The translations under genes were made by a program, and so were the position numbers. A stretch of 49,117 nt of DNA from Acidimicrobiia bacterium. Lineage in GTDB: Bacteria; Actinomycetota; Acidimicrobiia; Spongiisociales; UBA5794. The stretch's first letter is position 1; each line of letters opens with the position of its first letter. The stretch is from assembly GCA_051011415.1 (NCBI GenBank), contig JBPCTY010000135.1, positions 1 through 49,117 of the forward strand, written 5' to 3'. Below the pieces are notes generated by a model, which was not told the origin of the DNA, did not search any database, and worked only from the letters and a program-made list of their open reading frames with translations. This document shows positions 1 through 9,750 of the stretch, piece after piece.

Positions 1-1698
1 GGCTACGAGCGCGCACAGGTCGATACCTACCTCTCCGATATTGCGGACCGATTGAGCGCGCTCGAGGACCAGCTCGCAGAGTCCGGTGGTCGCGATGTTG
101 CCCTCGGGATCGACGAGCACGAAGCGCTTGGACGAGAGCTCCAGACAATCGGCGGCGACATCGCTGACATGCTTGAAGCAGCCAGATCCACCGCCGAGGG
201 CATGCGCACGCGAGCTGGTGCAGATGCTGATCGATGGAGGACTGAGGCTGAGACCGAATCCGCTGCGATGGTTACCGATGCCACAGAGGCCAGCCAATCA
301 CTGCGTGCCGCTGCTTGGAATGAAGGCAGCTCACTTCTGAAGTCATCCGAGGCCGAGGCACAGGCCACCATCTCCACGGCCAAAGAGGAAGCGCTATTCG
401 TTCGTGCTGAGGCTGAACGCGAGGCACTCCGTCTCACTGGGGATGCTCGGCGTGACAGAGAAGAGACGATCCGTGCGACTCGGTTGGAAGCAGACCAGAT
501 CATCGAATCCGCACGCACCGAGAGCGAGGGCGTGCTTGCCGCCGCGGGGCAGCAAGCAGACCTGGCGCAGGAGCGTGCACGGGCGCTGGAGGACCGACGC
601 TCCGAGCTGCTTTCGGAGCTCGAGGCGACTCGCGCCTCAATCGGAGACCTTGAGAGCGAGATCGAATCACGTCGTCAGGAGCTTGAGACGCCCGAGCCTG
701 AGCCCGAACCGCTCGAAGATGCACGCAGTCACCACTCGACCGACAGCGGCTCCGTCCGTATCGTCTCGTCGACAAACGTGGTTGCCCTCGAACCAGTCGA
801 TGCCGAGGAGCTCGCAGCCGAGGTTGAAGCTTTGAGATCCGGAGCAGTGCTTGATCAGCCGGAGGAGGCGACACCCCAAGATGAGCAGCCGGTCGCAGCT
901 GCACCTGGTGAGTTGGAGCCCATGCTCGTCCCAGCAACAGACCCCTTGGTCGAAGAGACACCATATGTCGAGTTGCCTGAGCAGGAACCAGAGCCAGAGC
1001 CTGAGGTTCACATCGAAGCTGAAGCTGAGGTCGTCACTGACTCACAACCCGAGTTGGTACCCGATCCAGTCGTTCCGGAGACAGAACCCGAGCCGACTCC
1101 TCACACCGGTGGAGATACTCTCGGATCGCTGTTTGCCCAGCTGCGCGAACCGCAAGATGTGGAAGCAGCAAGCGACCCGGAGCCACTGGAGGTGGAGCCC
1201 GCGGTGGCCGAGGACGACACACCGGAAACGGCGGTGCCGGCGGAGGTTTCCGAGACTCCGGCTGAAGCCGAGGTGCCGGACGCTCCCGCAAACCCAGCCG
1301 CGACTGTGCCCGCTGACGATGCAGCAACCGCGATACCCCTCCAGAATGCAGCATTGCGCACCATCAAGCGGACCCTCGTCGAGCTCCAGAATGAAGCGCT
1401 GGAACAACTCAGGAACGACGCCAGCTGGTCGCCGGGCGAGTCGTTCACCGACGAGTTCGCAGAACCCTTCGCAGAATTGACCACCGCATTGACCGGATCG
1501 CCTGATCCGGATCCGGGCCAAGCGTTTGGCGCTGACTTGTATGACGCGATCAGCTCAGCCATTGACCATGCGCGCGAAGCTGGCGCCGGAGAACGGGAAG
1601 TGTCGTCCGCTGCAAGCAAGGTCTTCCGTACTTGGCGCTCAGATGAAGCCGAGCGCAGGGTGACATCGGTCACAGAGTCACTCTCCGTCAACGCCTGA
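1..1698 (+). CDS. DivIVA-domain coiled-coil protein with acidic Pro/Glu-rich linker (5' truncated by window)
   Basis: Frame 1 is open from base 1 and reads GYERAQVDTYLSDIADRL, matching the DivIVA GY..xVDxxL motif. An Ala/Glu/Arg coiled coil and an EPEPE low-complexity region follow. Confidence 0.75.
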   Translation, partial: GYERAQVDTYLSDIADRLSALEDQLAESGGRDVALGIDEHEALGRELQTIGGDIADMLEAARSTAEGMRTRAGADADRWRTEAETESAAMVTDATEASQSLRAAAWNEGSSLLKSSEAEAQATISTAKEEALFVRAEAEREALRLTGDARRDREETIRATRLEADQIIESARTESEGVLAAAGQQADLAQERARALEDRRSELLSELEATRASIGDLESEIESRRQELETPEPEPEPLEDARSHHSTDSGSVRIVSSTNVVALEPVDAEELAAEVEALRSGAVLDQPEEATPQDEQPVAAAPGELEPMLVPATDPLVEETPYVELPEQEPEPEPEVHIEAEAEVVTDSQPELVPDPVVPETEPEPTPHTGGDTLGSLFAQLREPQDVEAASDPEPLEVEPAVAEDDTPETAVPAEVSETPAEAEVPDAPANPAATVPADDAATAIPLQNAALRTIKRTLVELQNEALEQLRNDASWSPGESFTDEFAEPFAELTTALTGSPDPDPGQAFGADLYDAISSAIDHAREAGAGEREVSSAASKVFRTWRSDEAERRVTSVTESLSVNA

Positions 1699-1758
1699 AC
1701 CGACTCGCCATTCAGTCGTCAGTGTGCGGAGTGACTGGGCTGCCATAGAATCTGGTTG

Positions 1759-4668
1759 GTGATCAATCGCGAACCAATCAATTATCGGCAAGGGTCAGGC
1801 CTCCGCCGGATCCTTACGTTCGTTGTCGTCGGGATCTTTCTACTTCTGATCTTCGGTCGGTGGCTTGCGACGCTGTTCACCGACTACCTCTGGTATCGCG
1901 AGCTCGAGTTCACAGGAGTGTGGTCAACGATCACGTTCACGAGGGTTTGGCTCGTACTCGGTGCGACCGTGATCGCGTTCTTGTTCTTCGTTCTGAACCT
2001 TTGGCTTGTCGACCGACTGTCCCCTCGGTCGGGTGCGATCACCGGCGCACCAGACGAGGATCTCCTCGACCGGTATCAGGAGTGGATCGAGCCGAGGGCC
2101 ACGCTCGTTCGGATCCTCTTCTCGATGTTCTTCGGAATTCTCATTGGGCTGGGCGCCGCAGCGTGGTGGCAGAACTGGCTCAGGTGGCGTAACGCTGTTG
2201 ACTTCGGAATCACGGACCCGATCCACGGCAACGACGTCGCTCTGTATGTGTTCTCACTGCCGTTGTATCGCGACATCTTTGGATGGATCTTCCAACTGCT
2301 GCTTGTCGCAACCCTGGTTGTCGTCGCTGCGCACTACCTCAACGGTGGTATCAAGATCGCGACACCAGGCCAGCGCACGTCGGATGGTGTCAAGGCGCAC
2401 ATCTCAGTGCTGTTGGCGCTCATCGCGCTTCTGAAGGCAGTCGGCTACCAGTTCGACAAGTGGGAGCTGCTGTACTCGCCGCGAGGTCAGGTATTCGGAG
2501 CGAGCTACACCGACGTCAACGCTCAGATCCCTGCCCTGAACCTGCTCATATTCATCTCGATCGTCTCAGCGATCATCCTTCTGGTGAACGTCCGGTTCAA
2601 GGGCTGGACACTGCCGCTCGTTGCTCTCGGTATCTGGCTGGTCACTTCGATCGGTGTGGGTGGCATCTATCCGGCTCTGGTGCAACGTTTCAGCGTCGAA
2701 CCGAACGAGATCCAGAGAGAGACCCCGTATGTGCAGAACAACCTCGATTTCACGAGGCAGGCGTTCGGGCTTGATGAAGTTGAAGTGCGTCCGTTTGAGG
2801 CCTCGACCGATCTGACGGCAGAAGACATCGTCAAGAACGAGCCGACGATCGAGAACATTCGCCTGTGGGATCCGGGAGTTCTTGCCAAGACCTATCCGGA
2901 GCTTCAGAACATCCGGACCTACTACACGTTCGACGACATTGATGTCGACCGGTACATCATCGACGGAGATCTGAAACAGGTCATGATCTCCGCCCGAAGC
3001 CTCGACGAGAGTCGCATTCCTGGCGAGGGGTGGGTCAACGAACGGCTGGTATACACCCACGGTCTTGGCGTTGTGCTCTCGCCCGCCAGAGACGTGACGA
3101 CTGACGGGCTGCCCGACTTCCTCGTGAAGGACCTCCCCCCTGTGAACCTGACGAACGACCCATCGCTCGATGTCGAACAGCCGAGGGTGTACTTCTCAGA
3201 TGACTCGGACAATGACTTCCTCATCGCTGGCTCGAACCAGGGCGAGGCGGACCTTCCGCGTGGCGCATCCGATACCGGTGATGTCACCACGATTTCGTAT
3301 GACGGCGATGGAGGTGTCGCAGTCGGTGGCTTCTTCAGCCGGGCTGCATGGGCCCTCCGGTTTGGTGATCTCAACACGCTGATTTCTGGCGAGGTCAGAG
3401 CGGACAGCAGGGTGATGATTGCTCGCAACGTCCGCGAGCGGGTCGCACGAGTTGCACCGTTCCTATATGCGGACAGCGATCCGTACATGGTGATCGCAGA
3501 TGGACGTCAAGTCTGGATCATGGATCTCTACACGGCAACCGGACGGTATCCGTACAGCGAACTCGCCGGCACCGGAAGGCTCAACCGAACCTCTTCGCTA
3601 CCCCGGAGCTTCAACTACATCCGGAACTCGGTGAAGGCCGTAGTGGACGCCTACGACGGCACGATCGACATGTACATCTTCGATGACGAGGACCCGTTGA
3701 TTCAGGTCAACGAGAAGATCTTCCCCGGCGTGTTCAAAGGCCTCGATGAGTTCCCAGAGTCGTTGGTCAGCCACATCCGGTACCCAGAGGACCTGTTCCG
3801 GATGCAGACAGACATCTACCAGCTGTACCACATGACGGATCCGGTCGACCTGTTCCAGCGGATTGATCCGTGGCAGATCGCTCGTGACCCATCGAACTCA
3901 GACAAGCCCGAGCTGCGTGCCCGTTTCGAGACGAATCCGATGCTCCCGTACTACCTGCTGATGGAGCTCCCCGAAGAGGACCGCCTTTCGTTCCTACTGA
4001 TGCAACCGTTCACGCCGTTGGCGAGACCAAACATGTCTGCCTTCGTGGTGGCCAAGAGCGGCCCGTTGGGCGAGTACGGCGATCTCATTGAATTCACGAT
4101 GCCAGGGGACCGCCAGATTGACGGCCCTGGACAGGTCGGAGACTTCATCGATCAGGACCCTCAGGCGTCGGCAGAATTCACCCTGCTTGGCCAGGAGGGG
4201 TCTGAGGTCATCAAGGGCAACATGTTGGTTGTGCCGATCGAGGACTCCCTCCTGTATGTCCAGCCGATCTACCTTGCCGCCGACACCGGCGGTTCAGGCA
4301 TTCCGCAGTTCAAGCGAGTGGTCGCCTCGTTCAACAGTCGTATTGAGATCGGCGAGAGCCTTGACGAGGTGCTGATCGCGTTGTTCGGTCTTCCCGGTCA
4401 AGGTGGGGGTAGCGGCGGTGAAGGTGGCGAAGGCGGCGAAGGCGGCGAAGGGCAGCCTCCGGACGGCACCATCGAGGAGCAGATTGCCCAGCTTCTCAAC
4501 CTCGCCGACCTCGCTCTCAGCGAGGCAAATGTCGCCTTGGCACAGGGCGATCTTGGTCTCTATCAGCAACGCGTCGACGAAGCAGCGGACTACATCACCG
4601 AAGCGAACAGGCTTGTCGCAGAGGCTGAATCCGGCACGACGGAGTCTTCAGACAGCGTCACCGGCTAG
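1759..4668 (+). CDS. UPF0182 family membrane protein
   Basis: About 970 aa with N-terminal TM helices and the motifs TDYLWY, GASYTDVNA, NIRLWDP, YTHG, NYIRNSVKAVVDAYDG, HIRYP and GNMLVVP. The GTG at 1759 lies 7 nt after TAGAAT. Confidence 0.93.
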   Translation: MINREPINYRQGSGLRRILTFVVVGIFLLLIFGRWLATLFTDYLWYRELEFTGVWSTITFTRVWLVLGATVIAFLFFVLNLWLVDRLSPRSGAITGAPDEDLLDRYQEWIEPRATLVRILFSMFFGILIGLGAAAWWQNWLRWRNAVDFGITDPIHGNDVALYVFSLPLYRDIFGWIFQLLLVATLVVVAAHYLNGGIKIATPGQRTSDGVKAHISVLLALIALLKAVGYQFDKWELLYSPRGQVFGASYTDVNAQIPALNLLIFISIVSAIILLVNVRFKGWTLPLVALGIWLVTSIGVGGIYPALVQRFSVEPNEIQRETPYVQNNLDFTRQAFGLDEVEVRPFEASTDLTAEDIVKNEPTIENIRLWDPGVLAKTYPELQNIRTYYTFDDIDVDRYIIDGDLKQVMISARSLDESRIPGEGWVNERLVYTHGLGVVLSPARDVTTDGLPDFLVKDLPPVNLTNDPSLDVEQPRVYFSDDSDNDFLIAGSNQGEADLPRGASDTGDVTTISYDGDGGVAVGGFFSRAAWALRFGDLNTLISGEVRADSRVMIARNVRERVARVAPFLYADSDPYMVIADGRQVWIMDLYTATGRYPYSELAGTGRLNRTSSLPRSFNYIRNSVKAVVDAYDGTIDMYIFDDEDPLIQVNEKIFPGVFKGLDEFPESLVSHIRYPEDLFRMQTDIYQLYHMTDPVDLFQRIDPWQIARDPSNSDKPELRARFETNPMLPYYLLMELPEEDRLSFLLMQPFTPLARPNMSAFVVAKSGPLGEYGDLIEFTMPGDRQIDGPGQVGDFIDQDPQASAEFTLLGQEGSEVIKGNMLVVPIEDSLLYVQPIYLAADTGGSGIPQFKRVVASFNSRIEIGESLDEVLIALFGLPGQGGGSGGEGGEGGEGGEGQPPDGTIEEQIAQLLNLADLALSEANVALAQGDLGLYQQRVDEAADYITEANRLVAEAESGTTESSDSVTG
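4414..4449 (+). repeat. 9-bp tandem repeat GGYGGYGAA x4 encoding a (GGE)4 linker
   Basis: The sequence ggcggtgaa ggtggcgaa ggcggcgaa ggcggcgaa lies within the UPF0182 C-terminus. Confidence 0.8.
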
Positions 4669-5880
4669 TTCGTTTGCCCTCGATTCCAAGAACGCTCTCT
4701 CGGTCTGGGAGTCGGTGAGACCCGCAGCCACCCGGTATGCATCAATCGCATCATCGACTCTGCCCTCGTCGGCCAATAGCGACGCCTTGGCTGCATGGAG
4801 ATAGGGGTACTCGTCGAGCGCTGTGATTCCATCGATGGCTGAAAGGGCTCCATGCCGATCGCCCGACATGGCAATTGCTACTGCCTGATTGAGCTGGATG
4901 ACGGGGGTGTCAGCGTGTGTCCGGAGGGCGCGGTACAGAGCCACGATCTCAGCCCAATCGGTGTCGTCGCTTGAGGGCGCAGACGCGTGCAGGGAGGCGA
5001 TGGCAGCTTGGATCTGATAGGGGCCTGGATCCCGAAGCTCGACGGCGTGTGCCAATAGCGTGTTGGCTCGGTCGATTTCGCCTCGATCCCATTGCGAGCG
5101 ATCCTGATCAGGAAGTAGGACCGGCGCTCCCTGCTCGTTGGTACGAGTGGCGGACCTGGCGTCGTGGAACTGCATAAGCGCGAGAAGGCCGATCGTCTCA
5201 GCCTGATCCGGCATCAACTCGTTGACGATTCGTGCCAGTCGAATAGCTTCTGCTGTGAGCGAGGTCCGAACATGGGCAGCGCCGCTGGTTGCGGTGTATC
5301 CCTCATTGAAGATGAGATAGATGACGCGGAGGACGCCAGGGTGTCGCTCCTCAAGGTCTTCGGCCTCCGGAACCTTGTAGGGAATGCCCGCATCCCGGAT
5401 CTTCTTCTTCGCTCGCACCAGGCGCTGTGCCATCGTTGTCTCGGAAACGAGGAAGGCCTTGGCGATCTCTCCGGTTGTGAGGCCTCCCACCGTGCGGAGG
5501 GTGAGAGCCACCTGTGTATCCGGGGCCAGAGCTGGGTGGCAGCAGGTGAAGATCAATCTGAGGCGTTGGTCAGGGATTGGCTCCTTCTCCGACCAAGTAT
5601 CCGATGGCTCCTGATGGGTGTATGCGATCGTCTCGTACTTCTCGGCCAGTCGCTTCGCCCTGCGAACGCGATCGATTGCCTTGCGTCTGGCAGTCGTGTT
5701 CAACCACGCCGCTGGGCGATCCGGGATCTCGGTACGCCACGCTCCGAGCGCTGCAACGAAGGCGTCTTGAAGAGAGTCCTCTGCCAGTTGGAAGTCACCG
5801 GTGTAGCTGACCAACCCTGACAGCACAAGGCCGTGCTCCTCGCGGAACACGGCCTCGATCGCTTCGCGGCTGGGCGTCAC
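4648..5880 (-). CDS. ECF RNA polymerase sigma factor with C-terminal TPR-like extension (ECF42-type)
   Basis: Contains AEDSLQDAF, WLNTTARRKAID, LRLIFTCCHPAL, TMAQRLVRAK, YLIFNEGY and GPYQIQAAIA. The GTG start overlaps the YCII stop (GTGA). Confidence 0.92.
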   Translation of the reverse strand: MTPSREAIEAVFREEHGLVLSGLVSYTGDFQLAEDSLQDAFVAALGAWRTEIPDRPAAWLNTTARRKAIDRVRRAKRLAEKYETIAYTHQEPSDTWSEKEPIPDQRLRLIFTCCHPALAPDTQVALTLRTVGGLTTGEIAKAFLVSETTMAQRLVRAKKKIRDAGIPYKVPEAEDLEERHPGVLRVIYLIFNEGYTATSGAAHVRTSLTAEAIRLARIVNELMPDQAETIGLLALMQFHDARSATRTNEQGAPVLLPDQDRSQWDRGEIDRANTLLAHAVELRDPGPYQIQAAIASLHASAPSSDDTDWAEIVALYRALRTHADTPVIQLNQAVAIAMSGDRHGALSAIDGITALDEYPYLHAAKASLLADEGRVDDAIDAYRVAAGLTDSQTERAFLESRANELAGDAV

Positions 5881-6233
5881 TCCTCGTCCCACACCCACAG
5901 TGGCCGCACTTCAATGCTGCCTGTCTTTGCTGCGGGAATCCGAGATGCAGCATTGATTGCTTGATCGAGATCGTCGACATCAATCAGGTAGAAGCCGCCG
6001 AGCTGCTCCTTTGTCTCTGCAAATGGTCCGTCAGTGACGGCGAGCTCGCCGTCGCGAACCCGGACAGTCGTGGCGGTGTCGACACGGTTGAGTGCCTCGC
6101 CGCCCTCATTGATGCCCTCGTTCGTGATGTCCTCGGTGAAAGAGAAATACTCCTGATAGATCTCCATTGCCTCAGGTGTGCCTTCGTCCGGTGCCGCGTC
6201 CTCGATGTCGTAGATCAGAAGTGCGTACTTCAC
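5877..6233 (-). CDS. YCII/DGPF-domain protein
   Basis: Reads VKYALLIY...TDGPFAETKEQLGGFYLIDV...GSIEVRP, the typical partner of ECF42 sigmas. The 5' extension in the ORF track runs into the tRNA and is spurious. Confidence 0.9.
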   Translation of the reverse strand: MKYALLIYDIEDAAPDEGTPEAMEIYQEYFSFTEDITNEGINEGGEALNRVDTATTVRVRDGELAVTDGPFAETKEQLGGFYLIDVDDLDQAINAASRIPAAKTGSIEVRPLWVWDEE

Positions 6234-6279
6234 TGTGTGTCCTTTGCTCGATCTGCCCTTAGGCCGTTCTCGTGTGCAC

Positions 6280-6306
6280 GACGAACGGGATGCCGTGATA
6301 TCGACA
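6280..6306 (-). promoter_or_regulatory. Putative ECF42-type promoter TGTCGA-N17-CGTC for the YCII-sigma operon
   Basis: The minus strand reads TGTCGA tatcacggcatcccgtt CGTC about 45 nt upstream of the YCII start. This fits the ECF42 consensus as I recall it (-35 TGTCGA, -10 CGWC). Confidence 0.65.
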
Positions 6307-6420
6307 TCGCTTGCCACAATCTTCGCAGGTCGCCTTGTGGATCGTGACGGTGAGCTACTGCTGTGGTCACGGCCCAGAGCAGTTGAGCCAACCGGTTCGT
6401 ATACTCCCGTCTTCACACGG

Positions 6421-6494
<74 letters not shown>

Positions 6495-6498
6495 CGAA

Positions 6499-6538
6499 GA
6501 GAACCGTTGGTAGTCCTACATCTACCAGCGGTTTTCTC
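6499..6538 (+). terminator. Hairpin/intrinsic terminator after tRNA-fMet
   Basis: Stem-loop GAGAACCGTTGGTAG-tcctacat-CTACCAGCGGTTTTC ending in a T run. Confidence 0.7.
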
Positions 6539-6685
6539 GCGTCTGAGCCATTTGAACCGACGACCTTCTCCGAAGGCCGAGGTTTCGAGTCGCCCTCACT
6601 TCGTTCCGGTCGCTGTCTTCTGCCGAAGGGCTGGGGTTCGTGATGACAGACGGTGGTGTTGCGGTGCGGCTGGGTTGAGACTTCT

Positions 6686-6749
6686 GGTTCAAATCCTGCG
6701 CCCGCTACGAAGAGAGTCCTTGGAGTCCTACATCTCCAGGGGCTTTCTC
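6686..6749 (+). repeat. Diverged direct repeat of the tRNA 3' end plus terminator hairpin (copy of 6473-6538)
   Basis: GGTTCAAATCCTGC(G)CCCGCTACGAAGAGA has 1 mismatch in 30 nt against 6473-6502. It is followed by a hairpin with the identical loop TCCTACAT. Confidence 0.9.
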
Positions 6750-7962
6750 ATTTCTCGGATGAGATCAGCAGGTAGGTCGACATGTCGCCCCGGCCCTTCA
6801 CCGGGATCGTTCCGCGTGGCGCACAATCGAAGTCATCCCGGATCAGTCCATAGGTCGACTCGGAGATCTGAATCTCGCCGGGGACGCCCTCGGATTCCAT
6901 CCGGCTGGCGACGTTCACCACGTCGCCCCACAGGTCGTATGCGAACTTGTGCGTTCCGACGATCCCCGCCACGACAGGTCCAGAGTTGATGCCGATGCGG
7001 AGCGATATTTGATGACCCTCGAACTCGTGTGAAGCAACGTGATCTCTGATCCGGAGGGCGAGCTCGGAGACAGCCGTGGCATGGTCGTCCCGTTGCCTCG
7101 GGACCCCTGCGGCGACCATGTACTCATCGCCGACGGTCTTGATCTTCTCAACGCCGAGTTCGTCAACGAACCCGTCAAACGTCGAAAAAATCGAGTTGAG
7201 CAACGCTACGAGGTCGGTCGGTTCCATGTCGGCAGACATCGGCGTGAAGTCCACGACGTCGGCGAAGAGCACTGAGACACCGGCGTAGTGATCAGCGATC
7301 AGGCCCGGACTCGACTTGAGACGGGCCGCCACGTCATCGGGAAGAATGTTGTGGAGAAGGTCGTCCGACTCTTGCTGCAGTCGGTCACGCTGCCGCACGA
7401 AATAGGACATCGCGAGAAACAAGAACACCGTGACACCGGTGAGCGCAGCGGCGATGTCAATCGACGACCAGTCCACGTCATAGATCGGATCGATCGTTTC
7501 TGTCAGTGTCACGGTTGCGAAAAGCGACACGATGTAGATGGCGAACCAAATCAGTGCTGCGCGGCGGCTGAGCGCAATGAGCGCTCCAATGACAGCGAGG
7601 ATGCCCCACGCCATCAGCAGTCCGGACTCGACGATTCCGCCGAGCATGATCGTCGGGATGGTGTTCTCGATGAGGATCATGGCGAGGAGGAAGTTGACAA
7701 CCCATACGTACGTGTGGGGCCAGCGGGCGAGCACTGCGAGTGCCACGAGCGGCAGCACGGCAGCCGCGTAGTCCATCATGGCAACGGCGGTCAGGCCGGC
7801 ACTGAGGGATTCGGTGCCGAAGATGATCCGGGGTAGAAAGCCCAGAATGATGTAGCCAATGACTATTCGCCGCTTCCCAGCCTGCGCTTCGGCTTCGCCT
7901 GGGTAGCTTCCCAGCCCCATCACCTGGTCCCACAGGCGGCGCGGGGTTGAGGGGGATGACAT
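6748..7962 (-). CDS. Membrane-bound class III adenylate cyclase
   Basis: About 6 TM helices, LLHNILP linker, VLFADVVDFT, KIKTVGDEYM and YDLWGDVVNVASRMES. The Lys/Asp pair indicates ATP specificity. Confidence 0.92.
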   Translation of the reverse strand: MSSPSTPRRLWDQVMGLGSYPGEAEAQAGKRRIVIGYIILGFLPRIIFGTESLSAGLTAVAMMDYAAAVLPLVALAVLARWPHTYVWVVNFLLAMILIENTIPTIMLGGIVESGLLMAWGILAVIGALIALSRRAALIWFAIYIVSLFATVTLTETIDPIYDVDWSSIDIAAALTGVTVFLFLAMSYFVRQRDRLQQESDDLLHNILPDDVAARLKSSPGLIADHYAGVSVLFADVVDFTPMSADMEPTDLVALLNSIFSTFDGFVDELGVEKIKTVGDEYMVAAGVPRQRDDHATAVSELALRIRDHVASHEFEGHQISLRIGINSGPVVAGIVGTHKFAYDLWGDVVNVASRMESEGVPGEIQISESTYGLIRDDFDCAPRGTIPVKGRGDMSTYLLISSEK

Positions 7963-8168
7963 CTGGGCACCTTACCGATAGGGGCAGTCAGCCGGGCTCA
8001 ATGATTGTGGCGAGCTGGGCTCCGCCGATGGGGTGAAACCGGCGCAACAGGTGGAGCGGGTCACACAGCCGAGGTACGGGAATTGAGAGGCGTCGACGAG
8101 CGTCGAGCGATGCCGCTTTGGACGGTCACCCACCTGCTTGTTCGCGAGCTGGGCGAGCGGAAAGTGGG

Positions 8169-9032
8169 CTAGTTGTCGTCCGATGTGTTGCTCGATGCGC
8201 GCCTTCCGAGTTCTCCGCTGATCGGCAGCAGCAATGCAAGGCCGATGAGTCCAGCTGCGATAACGGTGATCAACACGTTCGGGGTCGAAGAGAAGTTCAT
8301 TCCCCCAACAACGAGAGCGGCAGAGAGGTTCCTCTGCGCAGTTCCGAGACCCATGACGGAGCGTGTTCGCGGGTCGGCCCCTCCTGCGAAGTAGCCGAGC
8401 ACAAGCGCGACGAGCAGAAAGATCATGATCGCTAGGAGACCGCCTGTCCCGATGAGCGACACGATCTGCTGCCACTGAAGGACGATGGCGCCGATCAGCA
8501 TCAGCACAATCGAGTAGGTCGATGCAGCCGCCATGTGGGGCTGGAGCCCCTTTGCCATGTCTGACCACCGAGCGTTCATCAACAGTCCGATGCCAAGGGG
8601 AAGGAGCATCGCCAAGATGAGCGAACGAGCGATATCCCACGGGTTGATATCGACCTCTCCGATCAAGAGCGGGAGGACGATCGGCATGTAGATGATCGTC
8701 GTGACCATCAACAGGACCATCAGGCCAACCGAGAATGCAATGTTGCCCTTTGCGCCCTGCGCGAGCTTTGGGAGAAACGGCGCCCCCGCGGCTGTTGCCA
8801 TCAGCAGCAGACCGGTGTAGATGTCCTGGTCGAGATCCATCACGGCTTGAATTCCGACGACCAGCAGCGGGATGGCGACGAAATTCACTGCCAATGCGAT
8901 CGCGACGAGCTTCACGTTCTTGAGTGGCGCAATGATTTGGGGAACCGTCAGGCTCATGCCCATCGCGAGCATCGAGGACAGCACGAACGCAAGGGCCGAG
9001 ATTTGCACGATGAGGGTGAGCACTTCGGTCAT
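8169..9032 (-). CDS. Bile acid:sodium symporter (BASS) family transporter
   Basis: Polytopic membrane protein with SMLAMGMSLT, AAGAPFLPKL and LGTAQRNLSAA motifs. RBS GGAG upstream. Confidence 0.88.
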   Translation of the reverse strand: MTEVLTLIVQISALAFVLSSMLAMGMSLTVPQIIAPLKNVKLVAIALAVNFVAIPLLVVGIQAVMDLDQDIYTGLLLMATAAGAPFLPKLAQGAKGNIAFSVGLMVLLMVTTIIYMPIVLPLLIGEVDINPWDIARSLILAMLLPLGIGLLMNARWSDMAKGLQPHMAAASTYSIVLMLIGAIVLQWQQIVSLIGTGGLLAIMIFLLVALVLGYFAGGADPRTRSVMGLGTAQRNLSAALVVGGMNFSSTPNVLITVIAAGLIGLALLLPISGELGRRASSNTSDDN

Positions 9033-9146
9033 GTGCAGTCTCCTAGGGATTTAATCGAGGTCTGGCTCGTCTGAGTATTGCAGTCACAGTGGGACTGGAC
9101 CCGCGTCACGATCGACGGATGCTCCGCGTCCTCGTTTTCGAGGGGA

Positions 9147-9737
9147 TCAGTCCAAACTCTTCCCACCGGCATCCAAGTAGTCGCCCGGCGTGTTGATGTC
9201 TCGGGGAGCCTCGTAGTCAGCTGCGACACGTCGGACTCTTGGGTCGTCGCTCAGCACAAGCGATTTCCAGAGGGCATGTGGCTTGTCGTCCCGTGTGGCT
9301 TCCTCAACGGCAGCGGCGGACAGGAGAAATGGGTGAGCGATCTTGTCCCGATAGCGCGTCACGGCAGCCCACGGGGGGTCCGTTGCCCAGGCCTCGGCAA
9401 GTGCATCGATAGCTTCGGTCCTCAGCTCGGGAAGATCGCCTGCTGCCAAGATGTACGCATCGGAGGGAATGGCGCCGACCGCAGTCAACAGCGACGACAC
9501 GTTACCCCTTCGGTAGTCGGGGTTTTCAGCGATCGTCACCTCGGTGGCATCGATCGAATCTGCCACCGTGGATCCTGATGCACCCACGACGACAATCAGA
9601 TTCTCGATCTGGCTCGACTGAAACGCGGTGATGGTTGTGTTCAGCATCGTCGAATCACCGAACGGGAGGAGCTGCTTCGGCGTCCCCATGCGCTCGGACG
9701 CACCTGCGGCGAGGATTATCCCGGTTGGCTCAGACAC
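9147..9737 (-). CDS. MocA/MobA-like nucleotidyltransferase
   Basis: Contains GIILAAGASERMGTPKQLL, NPDY..G..SSL, GDLP, HP and DINTPGDY. Probable GTG start at 9737. Confidence 0.85.
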   Translation of the reverse strand: MSEPTGIILAAGASERMGTPKQLLPFGDSTMLNTTITAFQSSQIENLIVVVGASGSTVADSIDATEVTIAENPDYRRGNVSSLLTAVGAIPSDAYILAAGDLPELRTEAIDALAEAWATDPPWAAVTRYRDKIAHPFLLSAAAVEEATRDDKPHALWKSLVLSDDPRVRRVAADYEAPRDINTPGDYLDAGGKSLD

Positions 9738-9750
9738 GGCAATGGCCCGG

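Noticed and set aside
6640-6710. Second functional tRNA-Met
   Set aside because: Only the T-arm and acceptor 3' strand are present; there is no D-arm, anticodon arm or complementary 5' acceptor strand.
7963-8168. ncRNA or small gene between the cyclase and BASS genes
   Set aside because: I see only an imperfect hairpin (about 8129-8168) just past the BASS stop, with no recognisable RNA family motif or credible ORF.
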